Source: an uncultured delta proteobacterium (GTDB lineage Bacteria; Desulfobacterota; Binatia; UBA9968). From it: 64,000 nucleotides of DNA. The position numbers and the translations under genes are program-made. The notes under the pieces were generated by a model that did no database searches, was not told where the DNA came from, and was given only the letters and a program-made list of their open reading frames with translations. Of the stretch, positions 20,836 to 31,977 are shown one piece after another (within the stretch, counting starts at the first letter, position 1; every line of letters begins with the position of its first letter). Location of the stretch: positions 544,001 through 608,000 of the forward strand of contig CAVYTU010000015.1 of NCBI GenBank assembly GCA_963771465.1, given 5' to 3'.

Positions 20836-21366
20836 ATGAAATCTAAAGCACTGTCCATTACGGGATCCGTTTTGGTGGCGGTCTGGATGACTAGCAATAC
20901 GGTCCACGCACAGTCAAAGGAAACCAAAAGCGAAACAATCCATCCGCCGCTATCTGGACCTGGAGCATCGGTTGGAGGATCCCGATCGGAACGAACTGGT
21001 CCAGGAGTGCCGTTGCCAGAAGGAAGTCGTGAATCCGGTACAGTCGAAAAGGGTCCAAGTGGTAACTCCAATAGGGCAACGAATGATAGTAGCGAGAATC
21101 TTAAAGCAGTCCAGCAAGCGCTTAAAGATAAGGGTTATGATCCCGGTCCGATAAATGGCGTAATGACGCCACAAACGACCGCCGCGATCAGGTCATTTCA
21201 GAGCGCGAGTAAAATATCACCGACCGGCACTCTCACCGCGGAAACTTCAGCAAAGCTCGGAGCACAATCTAATAGCTCAGGGAGTGGGTCCAGTGGCACG
21301 CGTAATACGAAGTCAAGTGATACGACGGTAGGAAAAGATACTGACCAACCTAACAAGAATCCCTAA
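20836..21366 (+). CDS. Secreted peptidoglycan-binding domain protein
   Basis: Signal peptide (VHA-Q), VQQALKDKGYDPGPINGVMTPQTTAAIRSFQ. Confidence 0.8.
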   Translation: MKSKALSITGSVLVAVWMTSNTVHAQSKETKSETIHPPLSGPGASVGGSRSERTGPGVPLPEGSRESGTVEKGPSGNSNRATNDSSENLKAVQQALKDKGYDPGPINGVMTPQTTAAIRSFQSASKISPTGTLTAETSAKLGAQSNSSGSGSSGTRNTKSSDTTVGKDTDQPNKNP

Positions 21367-21536
21367 ATATAGAATGACGATAAAGCCTGTTATTTGGGCG
21401 GCCACCGCGGCAGCCGAACGCTGCGCGGTGGTCCGTCACAGAGTGCAATGTGGCATAGTTCCTACCAATCCGGTACAGAGCCGCACCTGCCCAAACTCAG
21501 ACCGACGACGAGCCCGGTCTACGATAACTACGAGAC

Positions 21537-23657
21537 ATGCGCATGTTGTTAAGCAATGACCAGAATATATTGCTTAATCGCGACCTGGCATGGCTCGAAT
21601 TCAATCGGCGTGTTTTACACGAAGCTAAAGATTCCGCCGTTCCAATCCTGGAACGCGTTAAGTTCCTCGCCATTTTCAGCTCAAATCTTGATGAATTTTT
21701 CATGGTTCGAGTTGCCGGCTTGAAACGCCAGGTCTACACGCAACAACTGAGTCCCGCTGCTAATAGCACCGACGTCGCTTCAATACTAAACGCGATTTCC
21801 CGAAGAGTTCATGAACTAACGGACGAGCAACATCTCTGTTTTCTCGACACTATCCTCCCAGAGCTCACACGAGAAGGCATCCATTTCGTGCGCCCAGATG
21901 AAATGACTGGTGATCAGGAACAATGTCTAGAAGAGTTCTTTCACAAGAAACTTTATCCGATTGTAACTCCTTTGGCGGTGGATCCCGGCCATCCGTTTCC
22001 ATATCTGACCAACAGATCCCTTTCATTGATCGTTTCACTCCGATCGAAAGGTTCTTCACCCTTGCCCTACACTGAGCTTTCCATCGTCAATATTCCGGCT
22101 CAAGTCGTCCCGCGCTTTCTCCAGCTTCCGACCAAGGAAGGACAGTATGCGTTCATGCTGCTCGAACATGTCTTACGTCATTATTTACCGCGCCTCTATC
22201 AGGGTTTCGATATCCTTTCGGCGCACGCCATTCGAGTTACCCGTGACGCCGAGTTCGGTCTTGTGCGGCGGCGTGACGAGGACTTGCTGATAAGCATTGA
22301 AAATGGAATCAGAGAACGACGCAAGGGTGATGCGGTACGGTTACAGTACGATCCAGATCTACCCAAAGAATTGTTGACCGAATTAGTCGAGGAACTGGAA
22401 CTTAGCGTGGAGGATCTCTATCCCGGAAAAGGTTTTACCGCTTTTACCGATCTCTTTCAGCTTTACGGCGCCGTGCATACGCCTCGATTGCGAGATCGAA
22501 TTCAAACTCCGATAAAGACGTCTTTGTTCGAGCGAGGACTCGATATCTGGAATACTATTCGGAGCGGCGACTTAATGTTCTTTCATCCATACCATTCGTT
22601 CGACGTCGTCACACACTTCGTAGAGGCGGCTGCCAAGGATCCCAAGGTCCTAGCGATTAAAATGACTCTATATCGTGTAAGCCCCCATTCACCCATTGTG
22701 CACGCCCTAGCGTATGCGGCTGAGGCGGGCAAAGAGGTATCGGTCTTGGTCGAGCTCCAGGCACGTTTTGATGAAGAGGCGAACATTATCTGGGCTAGAG
22801 CACTCGAAGAAGTAGGAGCTCATGTGGTCTATGGATTGGTCGGCTACAAAACCCACTGCAAAATATGCCTCGTAGTCCGTCAGGAAACAGACGGAATTCG
22901 GCGTTATTGCCATCTCTCAACGGGCAACTACAACGCCCGCACTGCGGAAATCTATAGCGATCTCGGAATCTTCACTTGTCGAGAAACCTTTGGCGAAGAC
23001 TTAACCGAGCTTTTTAACCTCCTGACGGGATACACAAGACCCCAAAAGTTTCATCATCTAGCTCTGGCACCTATCGGCTTACGGAATCATTTTATCGCTC
23101 TGATTAACAAAGAAACTGAGAACGCCCGCGCCGGTAAGGAAGCGCGGATCATTGCGAAGGTTAATAGTCTCGTCGACGAGGCCGTCATTGAACAGATCTA
23201 TCTGGCGAGCAAAGCCGGTGTGAAAATCGATCTTATCGTGCGCGGCATGTGCACTCTCCGTCCGGGCATACCGGCGATGTCGGAAAATATTCGCGTGCTT
23301 TCGATTATCGACCGGTATCTTGAACACGCGCGAGCGTTCTATTTTCATAACGGCGGAGATCCGACCTTCTGGCTCGCGTCGGCAGATTGGATGCCGCGAA
23401 ACTTCGAAAGGCGCATCGAAATCGCTTTTCCCGTCGTGGAACCCGCGCTGCAACTCAGATTAAAGGAAATCCTGGAACTGCAACTCGCTGACAACGTAAA
23501 AGGCTGGTGGATGCAAGCAGATGGCAGCTACATCCGCGGGCCCAACGAAAAAAGAACCATAAGATTTCAAGAGCGGCATTACGAGAAGTTACAGGCCGAA
23601 GTCGGCTCATCAAGCTTCAAAAGCACAACGCCATTGAGCACTGCTTTAATGTCATAG
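21537..23657 (+). CDS. ppk1: Polyphosphate kinase 1
   Basis: NRDLAWLEFN.RVL, SSNLDEFFMVRVAGLK, ELQARFDEEAN, KTHCK, STGNYN, SADWMPRN. Confidence 0.97.
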   Translation: MRMLLSNDQNILLNRDLAWLEFNRRVLHEAKDSAVPILERVKFLAIFSSNLDEFFMVRVAGLKRQVYTQQLSPAANSTDVASILNAISRRVHELTDEQHLCFLDTILPELTREGIHFVRPDEMTGDQEQCLEEFFHKKLYPIVTPLAVDPGHPFPYLTNRSLSLIVSLRSKGSSPLPYTELSIVNIPAQVVPRFLQLPTKEGQYAFMLLEHVLRHYLPRLYQGFDILSAHAIRVTRDAEFGLVRRRDEDLLISIENGIRERRKGDAVRLQYDPDLPKELLTELVEELELSVEDLYPGKGFTAFTDLFQLYGAVHTPRLRDRIQTPIKTSLFERGLDIWNTIRSGDLMFFHPYHSFDVVTHFVEAAAKDPKVLAIKMTLYRVSPHSPIVHALAYAAEAGKEVSVLVELQARFDEEANIIWARALEEVGAHVVYGLVGYKTHCKICLVVRQETDGIRRYCHLSTGNYNARTAEIYSDLGIFTCRETFGEDLTELFNLLTGYTRPQKFHHLALAPIGLRNHFIALINKETENARAGKEARIIAKVNSLVDEAVIEQIYLASKAGVKIDLIVRGMCTLRPGIPAMSENIRVLSIIDRYLEHARAFYFHNGGDPTFWLASADWMPRNFERRIEIAFPVVEPALQLRLKEILELQLADNVKGWWMQADGSYIRGPNEKRTIRFQERHYEKLQAEVGSSSFKSTTPLSTALMS

Positions 23658-23716
23658 CAAGTAGTCGCATTAAAATCATAATTACCATCCATCCGCGCGA
23701 AGGTGAGAAGACGCCC

Positions 23717-24682
23717 ATTAAAATCACATTGATCCATAACCCCGCCGCCGGCGATGGTTCACACCCATCGGGTGACCGAATTGTCGAAATGATTGAGTCC
23801 GCCGGGCACAAGATTAAATATCACTCTATAAAAGAGAAGGATTGGAAAAAAGCGCTTAAGAAATCTTGCGATATCATCGCCATCGCGGGCGGTGATGGTA
23901 CCGTCGGTAAGGTCGCCCGCCGGCTCGTCGGCAGCACCACCCCTGTCGCAATCTTACCTATGGGCACGGCCAATAATATCGGCCACGCCTTAGGGCTGAC
24001 AGGCAGAGCGCTAGAATCTTTGATCACGGAATGGGAAACGGCGCGTCGTTTAAACTTCGACATTGGCGAAGCTGAGGGTCCGTGGGGATCGCAGTACTTT
24101 GTCGAGGGGGTCGGAATCGGTTTATTTGCTGCGACGATTTTGAGCATTGAAGAACGAAACGATCCAGCACTTGCGGCTGCGGTCGGTCGCGAAGATGAAA
24201 TCACGCGGGTCCTCGAGATATTTAAAGAGCAGGTACGAAAACATCGACCCAAAAAGATAAACGTCCTTTTAGATGACGAAGACCTTTCGGACGATTACGT
24301 TCTAATACAGGCATTGAATATTCGATATGCTGGGCCCAACCTTGATCTAGCGCCTGGCGCGGATACGAACGACGGACTGCTCGACGTAGTTTTGCTTCGC
24401 CGCGGCGAGGAAGACAAGTTGAGCAGATATCTCAGCCATTGCATAAACCGCAAACGCGTAAAAGCAAATCTAACTGTCCATCGTGGTCGACATTTACAAA
24501 TTGAGTCGAACGGATGTCCCATTCACATCGATGATAAAGCGTGGCCCGTAGAGAATGACAGACACCAAACTCGGCCGAAGCCAATTAATATCAAGGTCGC
24601 GCCTCATTCCGTCTTATTTATCTGCCCTCAGAGGACAAGGCGGCGCCCGCAACGTCCGCGAGTCGTTACGCGGGAAAAATAA
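23717..24682 (+). CDS. Diacylglycerol kinase family lipid kinase (start uncertain: ATT 23717 or TTG 23729)
   Basis: IHNPAAG, AGGDGT, ILPMGTANN, DGLLDV, IHIDD. Confidence 0.85.
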   Translation: MKITLIHNPAAGDGSHPSGDRIVEMIESAGHKIKYHSIKEKDWKKALKKSCDIIAIAGGDGTVGKVARRLVGSTTPVAILPMGTANNIGHALGLTGRALESLITEWETARRLNFDIGEAEGPWGSQYFVEGVGIGLFAATILSIEERNDPALAAAVGREDEITRVLEIFKEQVRKHRPKKINVLLDDEDLSDDYVLIQALNIRYAGPNLDLAPGADTNDGLLDVVLLRRGEEDKLSRYLSHCINRKRVKANLTVHRGRHLQIESNGCPIHIDDKAWPVENDRHQTRPKPINIKVAPHSVLFICPQRTRRRPQRPRVVTREK

Positions 24683-24795
24683 GCGTTGGACGCGTTACAC
24701 GTGAAAAGATTTACCCGCAGGCACGCTTAGAAAATCACTGGAGAGCTTAATAAATTCTGGCGTAATATCTCCCAACAGTGTGCGTTCGTGATTCT

Positions 24796-25791
24796 ATGAA
24801 GCAACGGTGGTCTTGGCAATTCGTGAAAGATGTAGTTTCTCAGTGGATTGAAGACCAGCCATTCCAGCTCGCGGCTGCCTTATCGTATTACACGCTATTT
24901 TCGCTCGCGCCTCTATTGATCATCGCGATATCGGTCGCCGCCCTCGCCTTTGGCCGGGAAGCCGCACAAAACCAGATTGTTGAAACCATCCAAGGAATGA
25001 TCGGCAAAGAGAGTGCGCAAGCGATTCAGGAAATGATTCAACATGCCGGCAATAAAACGACAACCGGAATTATCTCGACGGTCGTGGGTATCATTGCTCT
25101 GCTCTTCGGCGCGGGAGGTGTGGTGGGACAGCTACAGACTTCTCTTAACACGATCTGGGGAGTCGTGGCCAAATCCGGCCAAGGAGTCTGGGGGTTCATT
25201 CGGCAGCGTTTTGTCTCTTTCGCCATGGTTCTGGCGATCGGGTTTCTTCTGTTAGTATCTCTCGTAATCACTGCTTTAGTGACTGGGTTAACAAAGTACG
25301 CGGGCAATTTGATCGGCGGAGCTGCCTTGGTCGCTCATGCAGTCGATATCCTGCTGTCGTTCACATTTGTAACGATTCTGTTTGCGCTGATTTATAAATT
25401 TCTTCCCGATGTACGGATTCAATGGAAAGACGTTGCGGTTGGGGCGGCGCTGACTTCGTTTCTCTTCACGATAGGAAAATTTTTCATAGGGCTTTACTTA
25501 GGAAGTAGCGGGGTTACTTCTGCTTACGGCGCTGCTGGATCGCTGATTACGGTGCTCTTGTGGGTCTATTACTCGGCGCTAATATTTTTCCTCGGCGCTG
25601 AGTTCACTCAAGTCTATGCGAGCCAATATGGATCGGGAGTTGTTCCCGCGAAGAATGCGGAAAGTATCGCCAATGCTAGACCGGAGGAAAAACGAGCATC
25701 GCCTCCGCCTGCGAGTCGAAGCGGAAGCCAAGCCCAACCCCGTCCTATCAGGGATCAAAGCCAAGAGAAATTCCGCAGAGGCGGCCGATAA
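24796..25791 (+). CDS. YihY/BrkB family membrane protein
   Basis: AAALSYYTLFSLAP, LNTIW, YGAAGSLITVLLWVYYS, LGAEF. Confidence 0.92.
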   Translation: MKQRWSWQFVKDVVSQWIEDQPFQLAAALSYYTLFSLAPLLIIAISVAALAFGREAAQNQIVETIQGMIGKESAQAIQEMIQHAGNKTTTGIISTVVGIIALLFGAGGVVGQLQTSLNTIWGVVAKSGQGVWGFIRQRFVSFAMVLAIGFLLLVSLVITALVTGLTKYAGNLIGGAALVAHAVDILLSFTFVTILFALIYKFLPDVRIQWKDVAVGAALTSFLFTIGKFFIGLYLGSSGVTSAYGAAGSLITVLLWVYYSALIFFLGAEFTQVYASQYGSGVVPAKNAESIANARPEEKRASPPPASRSGSQAQPRPIRDQSQEKFRRGGR

Positions 25792-25795
25792 CCCA

Positions 25796-26254
25796 CTATG
25801 GACGATTGATGGATTGAGCGCTATTGCCCTCGACTTGTCGCTTCGGTTCCAGCAAGTGTTTGGTCATCGCCCACAGCGTGCTGGCAACCGCCCTAAAAAA
25901 AGCCTGTCCCTTGATCGTGGCAAGTTCGTTCTTGACCTGACTTTTTACTGCGCTCCCAATAGTTTGCTGGGGCAGTGCACACGTGGACGGAGCGCCTGGC
26001 GGATCAGCGGTTATGTCTGGCACATTTCCTTGGCGTCCGAGTACATAACCCACCAGGAGTGCCCCGCCCATGATTACCCACGGCCGCTGCTTCACTTGAG
26101 AACGAAGATCGAAAGTGTCTTTTACCCCCTCGACGGCCTCCTCGACGCGGTGATCCAACATCGCCAGCTTCTTTGCCATTGCCGATCGTGTGTTCGCGAT
26201 ATCTTGACGGCCTTTTTTTATCTCTTGTCGGATGTCGTCGGATTCGTCAGCCAT
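25796..26254 (-). CDS. DUF3618-like protein
   Basis: IRQEI...RQDIANTR coiled coil, C-terminal RPW...GGALLVGY TM segment. Confidence 0.6.
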   Translation of the reverse strand: MADESDDIRQEIKKGRQDIANTRSAMAKKLAMLDHRVEEAVEGVKDTFDLRSQVKQRPWVIMGGALLVGYVLGRQGNVPDITADPPGAPSTCALPQQTIGSAVKSQVKNELATIKGQAFFRAVASTLWAMTKHLLEPKRQVEGNSAQSINRP

Positions 26255-26637
26255 TGCGCAGTCTCCTTCATCCTCGCCACGGTCGGCTCAGGTACCACAT
26301 CGACTGCCTCAGCCTTTGTTTTGCCCTTAGCGAATAGTCCCCCGCCCAGGACGACAAGCAGTCCCCCAACGATACCGTAACAGCCCCAGAGCGGAACCGT
26401 TGTGAAGGCGTCCAGTGCGTGGACCAGCATGAGCATCAGCAATATTCCACCCATAGCCATAGTCCCGATGCCAATGCCTAGGGCGATCGCCGCGCTCTTT
26501 GCTTTGTATAGCTCGTACTTCACCTCGAGCTTTGTCAGCGTCATTTCCTGGCGCAGTAACTCTGTGGCGTCGTTGGCGATACCGCCCAACAACGATACGA
26601 AGCTCGGTTCTGCGGCCGGTGGCGATCCGGTGTCCAT
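26218..26637 (-). CDS. Phage-holin-like (YqjE/holin-X) membrane protein
   Basis: LLRQEMTL.KLE, two TM helices, PE.T...MKE tail. Confidence 0.75.
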   Translation of the reverse strand: MDTGSPPAAEPSFVSLLGGIANDATELLRQEMTLTKLEVKYELYKAKSAAIALGIGIGTMAMGGILLMLMLVHALDAFTTVPLWGCYGIVGGLLVVLGGGLFAKGKTKAEAVDVVPEPTVARMKETAQWLTNPTTSDKR

Positions 26638-26640
26638 GCT

Positions 26641-27171
26641 TTACCTCGCACGCCGGGCGAGCAAATAGCCAAGACCAACACCAATCAGTATAAATTGGAT
26701 CGGGTAAGTGCGGACTAGGGCGGTGACGTCTTTTGCCAGATGTTCAAATTTTTTCTCGCGTAGGTAAAAGCTTGTCGATTCCAACCCATCAACTACCGCT
26801 GTTGCCGCTGTAGCCACCGTGCCTTCGCGCGGCGCCTTTTCCCTGATAACGTTTGCCAGCGAGCCGATCTTCTCACCAACGACTGTGGCCGCTTCGTTCG
26901 CCTTGTTCGCGGCCGTTGCACCCAGCTCTTGCGCCTTGGCCGTAAGATTGCCGATGGCCCCGCCCGTTTTATCGTTAAATTCTTTTAAGCGCTGCTCCAC
27001 CTCATACACGGCATGATCGCGAGCATATCCGTATCTCTCCTGCACTAATCCAATCAGCTTGTCTTTATGACCGCCGATTAAGTCCAGCTCATCATCGGTG
27101 AGTCTGCCCCACCACGATTTCAGGTCGCCGCGCATTTGCTTCCACTGCCCTGCAGAAATTTCTTCGTTCAT
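26641..27171 (-). CDS. CsbD family stress protein with C-terminal DUF883-like anchor
   Basis: GQWKQMRG..K.WWG.LTDD...G..DKLIG.VQERYG. Confidence 0.8.
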   Translation of the reverse strand: MNEEISAGQWKQMRGDLKSWWGRLTDDELDLIGGHKDKLIGLVQERYGYARDHAVYEVEQRLKEFNDKTGGAIGNLTAKAQELGATAANKANEAATVVGEKIGSLANVIREKAPREGTVATAATAVVDGLESTSFYLREKKFEHLAKDVTALVRTYPIQFILIGVGLGYLLARRAR

Positions 27172-27241
27172 GAGCTTGTCTCCTTATTATTTCGTTGATT
27201 AGTTGCGATTTCTTGAACAAAACCAATTACGGATACGTAAC

Positions 27242-27256
27242 GCAAAACTAGCGCCA
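27242..27256 (-). promoter_or_regulatory. Putative sigma54 promoter for the csbD operon
   Basis: Minus strand TGGCGCTAGTTTTGC. Confidence 0.65.
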
Positions 27257-27408
27257 TTAACTAGCTATGAGAAATCGTAGGGATTAAGACGCTGCAACAG
27301 AACTAATGTCCCGAAATCAAGAAACCATTTTCTGAAGCGTCCCGAGAAAGAGATGTCGCCAAACGCGGTTTTACAGCTTAAGAGCCTGGACGACGCAGCG
27401 GCGCTTGG

Positions 27409-27678
27409 ATGAGAGACAAACCGCTGCCAGGAGTTCGTCATCGGCGGCTATACCCTGGCAATCCGTTCGATGCACTGATCGTAGGTAAGGTCCTACTTGA
27501 AAAGCGACGAACGACGCGGGCGCCGACTGCGGATGAGATGAAAGAGTGGCGGTGGCTGAAGCCGGAGCTTGTCGCTCAGATCGAGTTCACGAAATCGACG
27601 CCGGACACGCATTTGAGGTACGCTAGTTTTGCTGCGTTGCGAAAGGATAAAGAGGCGCGGGAAATCGTTCGGGAATAA
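27409..27678 (+). pseudogene. Degraded C-terminal (OB) fragment of an ATP-dependent DNA ligase (LigD/LigC-like)
   Basis: QEFVIGGYT / PGNPFDALIVG (frameshifted) and WLKPELVAQIEF..TPD.HLR.ASF..LR.DK; internal deletion. Confidence 0.75.
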
Positions 27679-28038
27679 TTAATTTGATTTGCATATGAGC
27701 CCGTCAACTGCCGCTAGAAACGCCGGTGCATCAATAGGCTTAGGAATAAATTTCACTCCACTCCATCCGGAAATGACTTCGGCTATCTCCTCTGAAAGGT
27801 ATGCCGATATTAAGAGTATTGGCATATCTGGCCACTTTTGCCGAATGTGCGCAATAAGCTGAAAGCCGCTCACATTGGGCATGACAAAATCGGTGATCAC
27901 AAGCTCCAAATGAACGCTATCGAGAATTTTTAGTGCTTCGTTGGCGTCGGCCGCTTCCATGACTTCGTGTCCATGAAGTCGAATGATCTTGGCGAAGGCT
28001 TGTCGGCTTCCTGCGTTATCATCGACGAATAGAATCAT
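27679..28038 (-). CDS. Single-domain response regulator (receiver)
   Basis: ILFVDD, ITDFVMP, ISA, PKP. Confidence 0.88.
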   Translation of the reverse strand: MILFVDDNAGSRQAFAKIIRLHGHEVMEAADANEALKILDSVHLELVITDFVMPNVSGFQLIAHIRQKWPDMPILLISAYLSEEIAEVISGWSGVKFIPKPIDAPAFLAAVDGLICKSN

Positions 28039-28444
28039 TAGTTAACCTCGTGGACTTGTGCATGCTCTTCGCATCGCAAGTAGTCTAATGGATACATGCT
28101 TGATGCCAAAAACCTTCCCTCCAAACTAACGATAGCATTGCGTCTGCCAGGAGAGGGCGGTGTGAATACGACCCCGACGCTCCAGTTCGTTCGATGTGGA
28201 AGCAGCTGGGCAATGGACAACACGGGCGGAGTATCGGCCATCGGCCATCAACAATGACAAAATGGTTGACACATTGTCACATCACTCGTTGCCAAAGCTG
28301 GCGTCCACAATAACCCAATTGACCGTTAGTTCTTCTCGCCACATGCCGACGTTCGGTAATTTGGCGGAATTTTTAAGACAATTCAAACTCGGATTGCGAC
28401 ATTTCTACCCCGAGCCAGTCCAGACGACGATATAGGTTCCGAGC

Positions 28445-28459
28445 TGGCACCTCTTGTGC
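28445..28459 (+). promoter_or_regulatory. Putative sigma54 promoter
   Basis: TGGCACCTCTTGTGC, GG-N10-GC. Confidence 0.55.
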
Positions 28460-28526
28460 TTCTGCTTTTGGTCGGGCGCACGAATAAGAACGAGTAATCG
28501 TACTATTCGTAAAGGAATTTTTATTA

Positions 28527-29027
28527 ATGTCCACGAGTTTTTGCTCAGAAGCCTTACGCATCATCGGCCATGATCTAGACCTACGGGGTATCAAAACCTT
28601 TTTTCTACGTTGTGACGCTGACTTCTTTGTTGTCGAGGGTGGTTATCAATCACCCCCGGCAGTCACCCCTGTAAGTTTGCACTATGCCTCAGTCGATCTC
28701 GAGCATCTCGAGCGCAAGGAACGAGAGAGAAACGATCATCTTTCGGCGCTTAAGGATTTTTTAAGCTTGTCACAAATACTGTGGACGATCGGGACTTACG
28801 TGACTGTTAAAGGGTCTCGCTTATTTAGCGTTTGCAACAATTTATCGACCGAGACGATGCCTATCATCAAGATGGACTACGAGACGGATCAGGGCGACCG
28901 AGTCGTTGAGAATCTCACGGGCTCTGCCATTTACGAGCTAAGTGTTAGCCTTTATAAGCTGAGACGAACATCAGATATTAATAACATACGCTATCGTCGT
29001 TTCAGCGGCCTGCTGGAGAGTAATTAG
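28527..29027 (+). CDS. Hypothetical protein (paralog of 14446-14931)
   Basis: SEALRIIGHDL and LSQILWTIGTYV repeats; DYETDQGD vs EYQTRAGD. Confidence 0.6.
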   Translation: MSTSFCSEALRIIGHDLDLRGIKTFFLRCDADFFVVEGGYQSPPAVTPVSLHYASVDLEHLERKERERNDHLSALKDFLSLSQILWTIGTYVTVKGSRLFSVCNNLSTETMPIIKMDYETDQGDRVVENLTGSAIYELSVSLYKLRRTSDINNIRYRRFSGLLESN

Positions 29028-29117
29028 GCCGGCACACCCTTTTGGTAAATGAGATTTCTTTTCGTGCTGACAGTTCTGGCAAATTCTCCATCCAGACGCT
29101 CCGACCACTCCCGAGGA

Positions 29118-29417
29118 TTAGCGACGCGACGGCCTACAGCCATCTGCGATTGAGTCAGTAGCACTCCCGTAACATTTCTCCGGTTTTGTTTTCTCATAGA
29201 ACTCGCCGCCCGGTGAATGGAATATACAACGATCGCCGCTAGATGCAGTGAAGTTGCCTTTAATCGGGTGACTCGTCGGGCATTGATCTGCGCTCAGCGG
29301 AGCAGCGATTCCGAATTCTTGTTCGATCTGTCGGGAAGATGCTGCCTCACTCGTCCAGTGTCTGCTTAACCCCGCCGCAGCCGAAAATAATAAGAAACTA
29401 GCTAAGAACCATTTCAT
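29118..29417 (-). CDS. Small secreted Cys-containing protein (IKGN...H.PG...Y..T motif)
   Basis: Signal peptide; CPTSHPIKGN...CIFHSPGGEFYEKTKPEKCY...GCR. Confidence 0.65.
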   Translation of the reverse strand: MKWFLASFLLFSAAAGLSRHWTSEAASSRQIEQEFGIAAPLSADQCPTSHPIKGNFTASSGDRCIFHSPGGEFYEKTKPEKCYGSATDSIADGCRPSRR

Positions 29418-29446
29418 ACGACATCTACCTTTCGCTCCTGTAGTTA

Positions 29447-29461
29447 GCGAAAGGCATGCCG
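29447..29461 (-). promoter_or_regulatory. Putative sigma54 promoter
   Basis: Minus strand CGGCATGCCTTTCGC. Confidence 0.5.
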
Positions 29462-29648
29462 CGTGGGAGCATTACTCTGACTTCTCGAAAGTCTTAAGGA
29501 TTCAAATTCTGATGCGTTTTTGCTGCCAGAATCTGGCATCTTGTCACGACATGGCGGCACCCTCTTGCACAACTATTTGATTTCACTACGACCGTAGGCG
29601 CGGGCGTTGCTCTATGAGAACGTGACGAAAATGATCGAAGAGGTAAAA

Positions 29649-29870
29649 ATGCAGACCGTTTCGTTCTTAGGAATCGCACTATTCTCCAGTTGGCTTTCTT
29701 TAGCACAAGCCCAGGTCTCGATTGATCCTGCTGCAAGTCGGGTTGCAACGGATGATATCCAGGAGCCAAGCTGGCACAACTCTAACGGCAGTTTCTATAA
29801 CAGATTGAATCCGGCGGACATCGTCCGTTCCGTTGAAAGACAAGCAACCCGTAATCCGATCCCTACCTAG
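29649..29870 (+). CDS. Small hypothetical secreted protein
   Basis: GAGG RBS, MQTVSFLGIALF...AQA signal peptide. Confidence 0.4.
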   Translation: MQTVSFLGIALFSSWLSLAQAQVSIDPAASRVATDDIQEPSWHNSNGSFYNRLNPADIVRSVERQATRNPIPT

Positions 29871-30130
29871 ATATTCATAAGCGACCGGGCGGCAAGATCG
29901 GAAACGGTATCGTCGATGTCGCTACAGTACTGGTCCCGTTTATAACCCTATTACGATCCATTGGAAGTGAAGGAAGTAGTTTCGCATAATGCGGGCGCAG
30001 TCGGGTTGAGTGTGATTGCTGGAAAGCCAGCCACGTAGACATTCCGCATAGCGTCCTGCTTCCGGCTGTTAAGAAGAATACAAGGTACGATGTGCCAACG
30101 TCGAGCGCCGTTACTCCTCGCAATACTCGG

Positions 30131-31660
<1,530 letters not shown>

Positions 31661-31676
31661 CTACTGGAAAGGTAAT

Positions 31677-31773
31677 TAGTGGAGGCGGGGCAATTTAACT
31701 ATAGTCCTAAGTATTTGACTTTACTTATGATTTTAAGTTCAGATAACCTCTGCTGCCCCCACTGTTGCCCCTA
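31677..31773 (-). mobile_element. Possible degenerate att site (3' end of tmRNA/tRNA-Ala) with arm-type repeats
   Basis: Minus strand GTTAAATTGCCCCGCCTCCACTA resembles T-loop + CCTCCACCA; TGCCCCCA and TGCCCCTA direct repeats at 31754 and 31766. Confidence 0.45.
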
Positions 31774-31896
31774 CAATTCGCTTGCTACGGTATGATTAAT
31801 TTTCGAGCGTCATTCGTTGTCAGCGGAGAATTTGTCTGATTGAAAGTCCAGTGTTCCGCAGTCAGACACTTAAACAACTCGCACTTCAATTTTTAT

Positions 31897-31930
31897 GATC
31901 AGTCGGTAGAGCAACTGACTACCATTCAGT
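31897..31930 (+). pseudogene. tRNA-like fragment (D arm + anticodon arm only)
   Basis: GATCAGTCGGTAGAGCA followed by ACTGA-CTACCAT-TCAGT (5-bp stem, 7-nt loop); no T arm or acceptor stem. Confidence 0.5.
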
Positions 31931-31977
31931 CTTTCAAAGGCCAATTATAATTGATCACCGGCGCGCGTCGGCAGATG

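Noticed and set aside
26218-26637. Prophage lysis module
   Set aside because: The holin-like gene sits in a csbD/DUF3618 stress operon; no phage structural or endolysin genes.
29553-29568. Sigma54 promoter upstream of 29649
   Set aside because: GG to GC spacing is 9 or 12, not 10.
31897-31930. Intact tRNA-Gly(ACC)
   Set aside because: No acceptor stem, T arm or CCA; kept only as a fragment.
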